Part shown: positions 30,627 to 40,232 of the stretch, one piece after another
How positions within the stretch are numbered: position 1 is the first letter of the stretch
Layout: every line of letters starts with the position of its first letter
Origin: an uncultured Bacteroidales bacterium
GTDB lineage: Bacteria; Bacteroidota; Bacteroidia; Bacteroidales; VadinHA17
Direction of reading: 5' to 3'
Length of the DNA stretch: 64,000 nucleotides
Assembly (NCBI GenBank): GCA_963725785.1
Contig: CAVRZV010000011.1
Span: 165,956-229,955 of the forward strand
Program-made: the position numbers and the translations under genes
The notes under the pieces: model-generated
Told to the model about the DNA's origin: nothing
The model's input: the letters and a program-made list of their open reading frames with translations, nothing else
The model's database searches: none

Positions 30627-32402
30627 TCATCTTGTTTTCATATAGTTAACGAGTCCTTTCCTGTCAATAATCTGTTTTAGTTTTTCAGGAAGCGGCTCGA
30701 AAGAAAATGTTGATGATCCGATCATTATCTCTCCTTTCTCGAAGTTAATATCAACCTGATCACCTGGCTTATAAGCTTCGGCGGCTTCCCTGTGAACTAC
30801 AAGCAGCAAACCCTGGTTTATAGAAGAACGATAAAATATCCTGTTCACAGATTTGACTATTATGGCTTTGATACCAATGTATGAAAGTCCGACAGACGGA
30901 TGCTCCCTGGAGCTGCCACAACCAAAATTGTCACCTGCTATAATAATATCATCCTTCATTACATTTTTGCTGAATCCCGGATCAAAATCCGCAAAGAGCA
31001 GTGGTGTTATGGCGGCAGGATCGGTGCTTAAAATATTATAGGTATGTTTCCCGGCAAACATCTGATCGGTATTCAGATTATCTACATCGGTATAATTCCA
31101 GACTGAACCGACTCTTCTGTTTTCACCGGATTTAATTTCGAAAGTCCTGCTTTGTGAAATTTTATATGGAAACTTTTCTTTTCCTGCATACATTCTTGGA
31201 TCTGTGATAACCCCTGTCAGCGATGAATGTGCCACTGTTGCAGGTGATGCCAGATAAATCTGAGCTTCCTTATTCCCCATTCTGCCCAAAAAATTCCGGT
31301 TAGCTGTGGAAATAACTACATGTCCGTTAGCAGGGATCCCCTGACCTGTACCCAGACAAGGTCCGCACGATGGAGTAAGAACATTTGCTCCTGCTTCAAT
31401 AAATATCGAAATCAGACCCTCCTCGATAGCCTGGAGGAATATCTTTCTTGAGGCCGGAATTATGTTCAGCTGAAAACTATCCTTAATAGTTTTACCCGCC
31501 AGAATCGCAGCAGCAATCCGCATATCTTCGATCCTTCCATTTGTACAGGTACCAAGAAGTCCCTCGTGAACAACAGTCCCGGCAACTTCAGCAACCGATT
31601 TAATATTATCTACATTATGCGGAGCTGCAATGACCGGGAATATTTCGTTCAGGTCAATATTGATCTCACTAAAATATTTTGCTCCGTCGTCTGCCCATAT
31701 TCCTGGTATTTTTTCGCCATAAAATTTATCCAGGACTTCATCAGCAGGAAAGACTGCATTTTTTGCACCCATTTCAGAGGCAAGGTTAGCAATTGTCATT
31801 CGATCGGAAATATCAAGCGTTCTGACGCCCTCTCCATGGTACTCTATCGACATATAGTTTGCACCGTCCGATCCGATCATTCCAATAATCCATAATGCCA
31901 GATCCTTTGCCGAAACATTTTCGTTTAGCCTGCCTGAAAGAGATATTCTGATTGATTCAGGTACCCGGAACCAGGTCTCTCCTCTTTTCCATATGCCGGC
32001 TGATTCGGTCCGGTCTATTCCGGCAGCCAGGGAGTTGAAAGCTCCTGCAGTTGAAGTATGACTATCGCTGCCGACGATAAGCATTCCGGGACGGGCATGA
32101 TACGACATTATCTGATGACATATTCCTTTCCCGGCATCATAGAATTTTTTTATTCCCTGCTTTTCGACAATATCCCTGATTTCCTGATACTGTGTTGCTA
32201 GTTTTGCATCAGCGGGAGGAGCATTATGGTCAAGAACAACAAGCATCTGGTCGGGATTGGCAACATTCATACCTCCCATCTTCTGAAACGTCTTATAGAT
32301 ACTAAATGTATTGTCATGAGTCAGAATTATATCGGGCCTGGCAAAAACGATCGCCCCGGCAGGAGCTTTGAATATCTTTTCAGCAAATGTTTGTGAAGAC
32401 AT
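30627..32402 (-). CDS. Aconitase-family hydratase, fused large (LeuC/HacA-like) and small (LeuD/HacB-like) subunits, copy 1
   Basis: LTHDN, LDHNAP, GICHQ, GSDSHT, GTCTNGR, SCGPCLG, STANRNFLGRMG; then NLNTDQM and NFGCGSSREH. Confidence 0.9.
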   Translation of the reverse strand: MSSQTFAEKIFKAPAGAIVFARPDIILTHDNTFSIYKTFQKMGGMNVANPDQMLVVLDHNAPPADAKLATQYQEIRDIVEKQGIKKFYDAGKGICHQIMSYHARPGMLIVGSDSHTSTAGAFNSLAAGIDRTESAGIWKRGETWFRVPESIRISLSGRLNENVSAKDLALWIIGMIGSDGANYMSIEYHGEGVRTLDISDRMTIANLASEMGAKNAVFPADEVLDKFYGEKIPGIWADDGAKYFSEINIDLNEIFPVIAAPHNVDNIKSVAEVAGTVVHEGLLGTCTNGRIEDMRIAAAILAGKTIKDSFQLNIIPASRKIFLQAIEEGLISIFIEAGANVLTPSCGPCLGTGQGIPANGHVVISTANRNFLGRMGNKEAQIYLASPATVAHSSLTGVITDPRMYAGKEKFPYKISQSRTFEIKSGENRRVGSVWNYTDVDNLNTDQMFAGKHTYNILSTDPAAITPLLFADFDPGFSKNVMKDDIIIAGDNFGCGSSREHPSVGLSYIGIKAIIVKSVNRIFYRSSINQGLLLVVHREAAEAYKPGDQVDINFEKGEIMIGSSTFSFEPLPEKLKQIIDRKGLVNYMKTR

Positions 32403-32541
32403 AATTCATTGACTAAGTGATTAAATTGCTAATTACTTAAATTTTAGCAACAAAGGTATAAAATAAAAATAACCTCTTCTCGCTTGAAATAGGAATCTGA
32501 TTCGGCTGAGTGTAAGTCGGGAAGTAATTTAAAATAATATC

Positions 32542-32718
32542 CAGGGAGATTCCTCGCTGACGCTCGGAATGACATGGTATTTAGGTGGTTACTGGGGTGA
32601 AGAAGTGGCGATTCGAACGCCTATTATGTAGGAAAATGCGTCTGCGAATCGCCACTTCTTCACCCCATCACAGACCCCAAACACGCTGTCATCCCGAGCG
32701 TTAGCGAGGGATCTCCTG
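32542..32718. repeat. Nested palindromic element, copy 1 (REP/CGTC-like outer arms, GGGGTGAAGAAGTGGCGATTCG inner arms)
   Basis: Outer ~30-bp imperfect inverted repeat, perfect 22-bp inner inverted repeat, small central hairpins. Homologous to 54915..55086. Confidence 0.85.
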
Positions 32719-32844
32719 TTTATATCCGCAGATGCCTTTAGGAAAACTTTTCAGGCAAACCAGTGTGATACCAGATATATTAATGTAAAAGATCACAGAT
32801 TGTAATCCCTATATCAGTTGAAGTAAAGTGAGATAGAAATAGTT

Positions 32845-34662
32845 TTATTTACCCAGTAAACCACCATTCTGGTAAACCTCGAACTGAACATCTGAAAATG
32901 GTTCTGCATGTACAATTAATTTATTAATGAGATTTTCAATTTCTCCTGTTTTCAGATTAACTCTGATATGGTCTCCATTTTTCAGTTCAAGTGCGGATAT
33001 TGTTTTGCAGCTTATGATCGGAAATGCGGCATTTATTGCGTTCCTTTCGTAAATAGAACCAAAAGAATCAGCAATAATAGCCTGTATTCCAAGGGCTGCG
33101 AAACAATCTACGGCCTGTTGTCTGGAGCTTCCGCACCCGAAGTTTTTTCCTGTTACAACAATATCTCCTGGTTCAGCTAACCTCGAAAAATCTTCAAATC
33201 CACTCAGGTTATCAAAAGTATACCGGCCCATCTCCTTTATATCTGTAATTGCAAGATAACGGTTATGGAAAATCATATCTGTGTCAATATTATCTTTTGG
33301 TATAAGCCAGATTTTTCCTTCAATCACAGATCCTTTCACAAAGGATGCCTTTTCATGATTACTCCTCACTTTTGCTTCTTCAAGTCTTTTGGGTTTTATA
33401 AATAATGAAGGTTTTTCGGGTATTTTGTCAGCTGTAGTAATATAACCAGCAACAGCGGATGCTGCCACTGTTTCAGGAGAAGCAAGATAAACGCTGCCCT
33501 TACCCTGTTTCCCGGGAAAATTTCTGTTTCCTGTACTTATTGTTACTTCTCCCGCACCGTTTTGTCCGACCTGACCGGCAGCGCACCCGGCGCAACCTGC
33601 ATTGGAAACAAGAGCACCTGCCTTCTTAAAAATATCAATAAGACCTTCAGTAAGGCATTGTTTCCAGATTTCATCGGTAGCCGGAACAATTTTAAGAACC
33701 ACTCCCGGCGCAACTTTCCTGTTTTTCAGGATAGCCGCAGCCATATTCATGTCATTCATCCTGCCATTGGTGCAGCTTCCAATAAATGCCGAATCAATTT
33801 TAATACCGGGAATTTGTGAAACATTCACCGTATCGTGTGGTTTTCCTGGAAGTGAAACCATTGGCTGAAAATCATTCACATTAATTGTAAAAGTTTTCTC
33901 ATAGGTTGCAGTAGTATCAGCAAAAATTGGTTGAAAACTCTTTTTAGAACGTTTTGTACAATAATCTATGATTTCTTTCGATGGAGGAAACAGAATTATT
34001 ATTGCTCCCATTTCAGTTGCCATTGAGGAAATAGTTATCCTGTCGTCGATATCAAGATCGTCAACCACAGGGCCATAGATCTCAATTGAATAACCAAGGA
34101 GTGTATTTGCTCCGAATGTTTTAAGGAGGTTGAGAATAATGTCTTTTGAACTGATATTATCAGGAATTTTTCCTTCAAAATTTATTTTTACCGATGGTGG
34201 TATTTTGAACCAGACTTTTCCGTTATGCCAGGCTGCAGCAATATCCATATCGCCCATCCCCTGGCCAAATGCACCGATGGCACCCAGAATATTAGCATGT
34301 GAATCAGTAGATACAGCAGTGGAGCCCGGGTAAACATATCCCTTATCCAACAATATATGAGTACCGATTCCGGCATCAATATCATACACTTTAATTCCCT
34401 GTTCCCGTGCATACAGGCGGCATGTGTGCTGGTTTACGGCATATTTCTGATCAGAACCGGTAGGATTACAATCGAATGTGAATAAAGTTTTACCGGGGTC
34501 ATTTATTGTTAAACCAAAATCAATAAGATTCTTAACCACATTTGCGCCTCCAAAATCACGAGCAACCCTGGTATCGATCTCAATGTCTACAATTTGACCC
34601 GGACGTACAGTATCATGTTTTGAATGAGCTGCGAGTATTTTTTCAAGCAATGTCATTGCCAT
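32845..34662 (-). CDS. Aconitase-family hydratase, fused large and small subunits, copy 2
   Basis: ARDFGG, TFDCNP, GIGTH, STDSHA, GSCTNGR, GCAGCAAG, STGNRNFPGKQG; then NIDTDMI and NFGCGSSRQQA. Confidence 0.9.
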   Translation of the reverse strand: MAMTLLEKILAAHSKHDTVRPGQIVDIEIDTRVARDFGGANVVKNLIDFGLTINDPGKTLFTFDCNPTGSDQKYAVNQHTCRLYAREQGIKVYDIDAGIGTHILLDKGYVYPGSTAVSTDSHANILGAIGAFGQGMGDMDIAAAWHNGKVWFKIPPSVKINFEGKIPDNISSKDIILNLLKTFGANTLLGYSIEIYGPVVDDLDIDDRITISSMATEMGAIIILFPPSKEIIDYCTKRSKKSFQPIFADTTATYEKTFTINVNDFQPMVSLPGKPHDTVNVSQIPGIKIDSAFIGSCTNGRMNDMNMAAAILKNRKVAPGVVLKIVPATDEIWKQCLTEGLIDIFKKAGALVSNAGCAGCAAGQVGQNGAGEVTISTGNRNFPGKQGKGSVYLASPETVAASAVAGYITTADKIPEKPSLFIKPKRLEEAKVRSNHEKASFVKGSVIEGKIWLIPKDNIDTDMIFHNRYLAITDIKEMGRYTFDNLSGFEDFSRLAEPGDIVVTGKNFGCGSSRQQAVDCFAALGIQAIIADSFGSIYERNAINAAFPIISCKTISALELKNGDHIRVNLKTGEIENLINKLIVHAEPFSDVQFEVYQNGGLLGK

Positions 34663-34713
34663 ATTGCAAAATATTAAAGTTAATTGAATTGCGAAATTAC
34701 AATTAATTAGACA

Positions 34714-35562
34714 CTAATTGAATTGTGCCCTGTAATCTCGTGGTGATATTCCTTCCGTCTTACGGAATTGCTTGTTAAAATTTGAGATGCTTGCAAAACC
34801 GCATTCCAGAGCAATATCGTGTACCTGGTATTCTGTTTCCCGCAGCAGGTAGCATGCTTTGTTTGTCCTCACCCGGTTCAGGTACTCAATAAATCCGGCT
34901 CCGCAGTTTTTCTTGAAGTATCTGCTGAAAGCAAACGGGCTCATTTTCGCCACTTTTGCGATCTTCTCAAGAGGAATAGGTTTGAAATAATTTTCTCTTA
35001 TATATGTGTAAACATCTGACATCCTTTTATTTCCTCTCTCATCAAATGCCAGTTTATAGTTCTCAGAACAAAGTAAAGCCTTATTTTCTGAGGCACATAA
35101 TACTATCATGATATTTAAAAAATCGATCATTTTAGCTATTCCCTTATTTCTGATCATTTGTAAGAAATATGTTTCAGCCTTTCTGGAATCTTCAACAGAA
35201 AAGACTATTCCTCGTTCGGCATCATGCAAGAGTTCTTTGAGACAGTGAAGTTCATGTTGTGCTAATAATGCCTCGCCGATTGATTCCAGCTTGAAATGAA
35301 CAATTATGCCATGATTTTCGGGAAGAATATTATTTTGCCTGTAATAATTCCAGCAATGAGGAATATTGCCTGCAATTAGCACCATATCGTACAGATCAAA
35401 TAATTCAACACTGTCACCAATTATCCTGGTTCCGTTGCTTTTGATATTGAGAGTAAGTTCGTACTCCGGGTGAAAGTGCCATAAACCACCGGTATCATTA
35501 ATATATGCGGCTCTGAATCCACCGCCATCATCATATAATATTTTCTCAAGTTCGGCTACCAA
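34714..35562 (-). CDS. AraC-family transcriptional regulator
   Basis: WHFHPEYELT cupin-like start; C-terminal FSRYFKK...IALECGFASISNFNKQFRK..GISP. Confidence 0.92.
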   Translation of the reverse strand: MVAELEKILYDDGGGFRAAYINDTGGLWHFHPEYELTLNIKSNGTRIIGDSVELFDLYDMVLIAGNIPHCWNYYRQNNILPENHGIIVHFKLESIGEALLAQHELHCLKELLHDAERGIVFSVEDSRKAETYFLQMIRNKGIAKMIDFLNIMIVLCASENKALLCSENYKLAFDERGNKRMSDVYTYIRENYFKPIPLEKIAKVAKMSPFAFSRYFKKNCGAGFIEYLNRVRTNKACYLLRETEYQVHDIALECGFASISNFNKQFRKTEGISPRDYRAQFN

Positions 35563-35703
35563 GGCAAAAGGTTATCGATTCTGATCAGATACTATAAAAT
35601 TAGGCAATATTTTATCAATTATTAACATATGTTTGAGATAATTTTTTGAGGTTTTTTTTGATTTAATGATTTATTTAACTAAATTTGTTCCAGGCTCATA
35701 CTA

Positions 35704-35915
35704 TTGGTATTAAGAGGAGATGAGCAAGGGTTGGGGGTGAAAATCAACAGGATTGTATTGCAGACATTGACTTTCACATCAGGAATCTTAGGACTAGCGC
35801 CAGCTAACCGTGGTTCCATCCTTTTATCAGACAGTAGACACGGGAGTTATCTCATTAATAAAGCCCGCTCCTGATTATCACAACCACCCTTTTCTCCTCT
35901 TATTTTTCTTACCAA
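35704..35915 (+). ncRNA. Candidate ~200-nt rod-shaped structured RNA (6S-like)
   Basis: TAAATTTG at 35680-35687 with upstream TTTG; long-range pairing TTGGTA/TACCAA, TAAGAGGAGA/TCTCCTCTTA, AGGGT/ACCCT, GTGA/TCAC, CAGGA/TCCTG; apical GGAA..TAGC-GCCA-GCTA..TTCC; no ORF. Confidence 0.4.
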
Positions 35916-35940
35916 ATCCCCTTGATTTAAAATATGACTT

Positions 35941-36039
35941 CTTAATTCTGATTTCGAATGTTCGTTATTCTTAATTGGTATTGAATTGCCTGATTGAACT
36001 AAGAACGCTGAACAAACGAACAGCGAATTAAGAATTAAG
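35941..36039. repeat. Imperfect AT-rich palindrome
   Basis: CTTAATTCT/AGAATTAAG, TGTTCGTT/AACGAACA and TTCTTA/TAAGAA pair in nested order. Confidence 0.55.
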
Positions 36040-36182
36040 GGGAAGCCTGGAGTGAGTGAAAAATAACTGACAGAAGGAGTTAACCTGATCCAAATGAATT
36101 AATTAAAATTTAGGTTATCTTTGCCTACTTTCAGTGAATGGGGATATCTGAATATAATTATATATAATCTGTATAGAGTATT

Positions 36183-36914
36183 ATGAAGACCTATATCAGA
36201 AGACGGGAAAAGAATAATCAGCTTGTTGTCTTATATGGTGGCTGGGGAACTGATGAAAATGTCTTCACGCCGCTCTGCAATGATGAGTTTGATTTTATAC
36301 TTTTTTATAATTATTCTGCTGATGAAGCGCTTGTGCTTCCGGAGATGAAAACTTATGAAAAAATCACCCTGATAGGGTGGTCTCTGGGAGTATGGGCTGC
36401 CGAGTATCTTTCGCCTAAAACAGGTATCAGACCCGACATTACAATTGCTGTTAACGGTACTCCGATACCTGCTGATGATCAGTATGGAATACCGCTTAAT
36501 GTATTTGAAGGTACATTGAATAATATTAATGAAGAAAACATCGACAAATTCTATCTCAGAATGTTCGGTGACAGAAAATCGTACCAGACGAACATTGACA
36601 GGATCCCGCAGCGTAGTCTAAAATCCTTGCACGATGAACTAAGGTGGCTGTACAACCGTATCATGGAGCAAAAAGAACCTGGTTTCAGATGGGATTATGC
36701 AGTAACCAGTGAAATTGACCGGGTTTTTCCTTCAAAAAATCTGGCAGGTTACTGGGAACAAAAAATTGACACAAAACACATAGTCCTTAAACTTCCCCAT
36801 TATCTGTTTAATAAATGGAAATCATTTTCTGAGTTTATTAGCTTTGTTGAAAATTTTAAGGAAGAGAAGCCTGGGAAGAAGGCAAAAGCATTAAGGAAAA
36901 CTAAAGATCTTTGA
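36183..36914 (+). CDS. DUF452 / BioG-like alpha/beta hydrolase (pimeloyl-ACP methyl ester esterase-like)
   Basis: GGWGTD, GWSLG nucleophile motif, AVNGT, DRVFP, PHYLF. Confidence 0.78.
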   Translation: MKTYIRRREKNNQLVVLYGGWGTDENVFTPLCNDEFDFILFYNYSADEALVLPEMKTYEKITLIGWSLGVWAAEYLSPKTGIRPDITIAVNGTPIPADDQYGIPLNVFEGTLNNINEENIDKFYLRMFGDRKSYQTNIDRIPQRSLKSLHDELRWLYNRIMEQKEPGFRWDYAVTSEIDRVFPSKNLAGYWEQKIDTKHIVLKLPHYLFNKWKSFSEFISFVENFKEEKPGKKAKALRKTKDL

Positions 36915-38238
36915 TTAAAATATTTGAATCTGATTTTGCGACCAGCCGGTCAAACTTCTCAAGCATTGAAATGATTTTTTCATAGTCCTTATTCCTGATC
37001 ACCATTATCTGCTCAACACCCCTCTTATCAAGACGTGTAAAAACGTAACTCACTGTCAGCCGGTTTATGTCGATAGCTGGTTGATATAATCGCTCAATCT
37101 CTTCATTTTCATGAATTACAGAAACAAGATTTACGCTGCTCAGATCCTGAAGTATGTCACGCGCCAGTCGTACCGGTATTTTTAGATTTGTCGCAATATA
37201 TGAGGCGCTGATTGGTTTTTCACCGATGGAAAAATTCCGTATAATCATATGCATTATCATAAGCACTAATGCCCTCTTTTGATAGTTGCTGATATTCAAC
37301 GCTTCAGACTCCAATTCATAACGCGATATATTCTGATTGGCAAAAGAAATTTCCGCTCCCAGGAGGACTACGATCCAACTGCTCTGTAACCAGATAATAA
37401 AAAGAGGTACTGCCGCAAAACTTCCATAGATAGCATTCAGCTTTGTGATCCCGAATTGAAGATCAATATATAACCACTGAATACCCTGAAGTATTGTACC
37501 GGCTATTATACCTGAAATCACAGCAGGAACAAACTTGACTTTAGCATTTGGCATTATTATGAACAGTATTGTAAGAGATATCCAGTTGAGAAAATATGGT
37601 GAAAACTTGACAAGAAAACTAATTACAGGTTTAAAAAAGTCAAGTATTGGCGCTGTCGACATATAAGAAGGAAGCTGCGTGCTTATAAATACAGTTATGC
37701 CACTGGAAAGAATAATGAAAACAGGCGCAATCAACATTATAGTCAGGTAATCGGTAAATTTTCTGTGCCATGGTCGGGATGATCTGATCTGCCAGATGTG
37801 ATTGAAGGAGCTTTCTATATGATTGAGCAATGACATTACCGACCAGAAAAGTATTATAATACCTACGCCAGCGATATAACCTCCACTGGTTTTTTCGATA
37901 GCTGTCCTTGCATTCTGTAACAACCATTTAAGAACCTCCTGCTCAGACTGGGTTTTTTTGATTATCTGATCCTGAAGGGTTTGATCGAGGCCAAATCCTT
38001 TTGCAATTGCAAATACTATGGCTGCAATGGGTATTACAGAAAGAAGGGAATAGAATGTCAGAGCTGAAGCACGAAGTGAAACTTTATCATTGGAAAAACC
38101 TTTTGCGGCCAGAATAAAAATCCTCAATTGCTTTAATAAGAACGTTTTACCTCTGGATATTTCCGATAGAGGTGTATGCCAGATCAGATCATTCAGCTGC
38201 TTTAACTTGTCCAGTGCCCATGTAACAGGATTTTCCAT
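36901..38238 (-). CDS. YihY/BrkB family membrane protein with C-terminal HTH-like extension
   Basis: RASALTFYSLLSVIP, IESSFNHIW, AIYGSFAAVPLFIIWLQSSWIVVLLGAEI. Confidence 0.9.
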   Translation of the reverse strand: MENPVTWALDKLKQLNDLIWHTPLSEISRGKTFLLKQLRIFILAAKGFSNDKVSLRASALTFYSLLSVIPIAAIVFAIAKGFGLDQTLQDQIIKKTQSEQEVLKWLLQNARTAIEKTSGGYIAGVGIIILFWSVMSLLNHIESSFNHIWQIRSSRPWHRKFTDYLTIMLIAPVFIILSSGITVFISTQLPSYMSTAPILDFFKPVISFLVKFSPYFLNWISLTILFIIMPNAKVKFVPAVISGIIAGTILQGIQWLYIDLQFGITKLNAIYGSFAAVPLFIIWLQSSWIVVLLGAEISFANQNISRYELESEALNISNYQKRALVLMIMHMIIRNFSIGEKPISASYIATNLKIPVRLARDILQDLSSVNLVSVIHENEEIERLYQPAIDINRLTVSYVFTRLDKRGVEQIMVIRNKDYEKIISMLEKFDRLVAKSDSNILIKDL

Positions 38239-38372
38239 AATGCTATATTTGCATTTATATCAGCATGTTAATTCAATAAACTGCTATCAGGTTCAAATAT
38301 ACGAAATACCTGAGGGAGTGAAAAGAGATATGCTAAAAATATTGTTATTTTCACCTGACAAAAAAAAGTAAA

Positions 38373-39065
38373 ATGAAGATTGATATCCTCGAGTTTGTTG
38401 AAGGTGCAAGAAAAGCAAAAGGGGTTGCAGTTATAATAGATGTATTCAGGGCTTTTTCAGTAGCATGTTATGCTTTTGATGCAGGTGCTGTCAGGATAAT
38501 TGCCACATCGGAAATTTCTGACGCATTTCAATTAAAAAAGAAGTACATTAATTCTGTTCTTGTTGGTGAGAGAGATGAAAAGAAAATTGAGGGGTTCGAT
38601 CTGGGAAACAGTCCGACAGAGATTATTAAAACTGATCTTACGGGGAAAACCGTAATCCATACCACAACAGCCGGTACACAGGGTCTTATCAATGCCGTGA
38701 ATGCGGATATTGTTCTGACTGGCAGTCTTGTAAATTGCGGTGCAATTGTAAGATATATAAAAACTCTTGATCCCGATCACGTTTCACTTATTGCAATGGG
38801 GTATCGGGCGTCAATATCAGCTGAAGAGGATCTGTTGTGCGCAGAATTAATAGCCACTGAACTGAAAAACAAAAATTTCATTGCAGGCAAGAAAATAGCA
38901 GATCTTCAGAGCACTTCAGGCAGGAGATTCTTCATTCCTGCCAATATCGAATTTTCACCTCCTACCGACTTTTTCCTCTGTACAATGGTTAATAAGTTCG
39001 ATTTTGTACTTAATGCAACAAGAAGAATCGATGGCAATATTGATCTTATGAGAATGGATGTTTAA
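38373..39065 (+). CDS. 2-phosphosulfolactate phosphatase (ComB) family protein
   Basis: VIIDVFRAFS, GER, FDLGNSP, TTTAGTQG, EEDLLCA. Confidence 0.88.
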   Translation: MKIDILEFVEGARKAKGVAVIIDVFRAFSVACYAFDAGAVRIIATSEISDAFQLKKKYINSVLVGERDEKKIEGFDLGNSPTEIIKTDLTGKTVIHTTTAGTQGLINAVNADIVLTGSLVNCGAIVRYIKTLDPDHVSLIAMGYRASISAEEDLLCAELIATELKNKNFIAGKKIADLQSTSGRRFFIPANIEFSPPTDFFLCTMVNKFDFVLNATRRIDGNIDLMRMDV

Positions 39066-39166
39066 TAGTTTGAAAAAAACCTGATTCGCACCGTATCTGA
39101 GAAATGCGAATTGAAGAACAGAGATTAATATCTTAACGCCTTCGCAAAAAATATTCTCAACGGATT

Positions 39167-40111
39167 TTAAAATCTTCCAAAAAATGGAAATATTGTTTTT
39201 CTCCTGTGAATCTCGCGGTAAGTGCAAAACATGCTCATTTTATAAAAACTAAACAACAGTAGTGAAATTTTTCCTGAGTCAAGCCTTATCTCCATCTTTT
39301 CACGGTATTTTATATATAATGCAGCAAATATTCGTGTCAGTCCCAGGAAACTGAGTTTTTGATAAATCCCAAGCATCTTAACTGTTTTTGAGAATGACTT
39401 CTTGTCGGTGACACTATCATATAGTTTACTCAGATTTTCTATACCGAGCTTAGTCTTATTAAGAAAGTCCCTGTTAGACTCGAGTCCTTCGTGTACCAGA
39501 CCATTATCAATATGGAGAATATCTATTCCGGCTTTTTTCAACTGGTAGCCCATCAAGGTATCTTCGTGACCATATTGCTTCAATTCTTCATTGAACCGTA
39601 TCTTCGAAAATACCGATTTTTCGAAAAGAACATTGAATGTTGAAAAACCTGCATGTGGGTGCCTGTTTCTTTCAGCGGCTTTGCGTTGTTCCCGCCATTT
39701 TCCGTATTTCCATCTGAGAAGTTTGTCGGGATCACCCGGAGCACTGTCGTGATATAAAACTCCCCCACACTGTACCCGTGATGTTTTCAAATTTGGAATC
39801 CACTTCAGAATATATGCCTCAGCTGTTCCGGGTAACATTGTATCTGCATCAATAAAAAGTAAAAAATCACCCCTTGCTTCAAGAGCAAGCTTGTTTCTTA
39901 TGGCTGCTCTTCCGATGTTTTTCTCAGAGTATATCACCCTGACATTATCACCCTCAAGAGACTTATATTTTTCCCTGAATTCAGCAGATGAACCGTCATC
40001 TCCTATAAGAATTTCTTGAAATTCAGGTACGACACCAAGGGCATTTTTCATGCTGTGAACAAGAGCAACAATGTCATAATCGAATACAGGAATAAGAAGA
40101 GAAATCATCAT
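39167..40111 (-). CDS. Glycosyltransferase family 2
   Basis: ISLLIPVF, ILIGDDGS, NIGRAAIRN, LFIDAD, YGHED. Confidence 0.88.
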   Translation of the reverse strand: MMISLLIPVFDYDIVALVHSMKNALGVVPEFQEILIGDDGSSAEFREKYKSLEGDNVRVIYSEKNIGRAAIRNKLALEARGDFLLFIDADTMLPGTAEAYILKWIPNLKTSRVQCGGVLYHDSAPGDPDKLLRWKYGKWREQRKAAERNRHPHAGFSTFNVLFEKSVFSKIRFNEELKQYGHEDTLMGYQLKKAGIDILHIDNGLVHEGLESNRDFLNKTKLGIENLSKLYDSVTDKKSFSKTVKMLGIYQKLSFLGLTRIFAALYIKYREKMEIRLDSGKISLLLFSFYKMSMFCTYREIHRRKTIFPFFGRF

Positions 40112-40232
40112 TTTGATAAATGGTTCTTATATCAAATGTACAAAATTTATTTTTAATTTTTTGGCTGACAAACTTTGGCAGAGAAATTGCATTGGCTATT
40201 TTTGCAGATATCTTTAATAATCATAACTATAA

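Noticed and set aside
32542-32718. Nested palindromes as autonomous insertion sequences
   Set aside because: Only ~175 bp, no transposase ORF and no visible target-site duplication; kept only as a non-autonomous repeat.
35827-35838. 12-bp TCAGACAGTAGA shared with 54901-54912
   Set aside because: Too short to be meaningful in 64 kb, and the flanks do not align.
30627-39065. Homoaconitase-like genes plus ComB as methanogen coenzyme B/M biosynthesis
   Set aside because: Both families are widespread in bacteria, the genes are not in one operon, and no comA/C/D/E or aksA/F is present.
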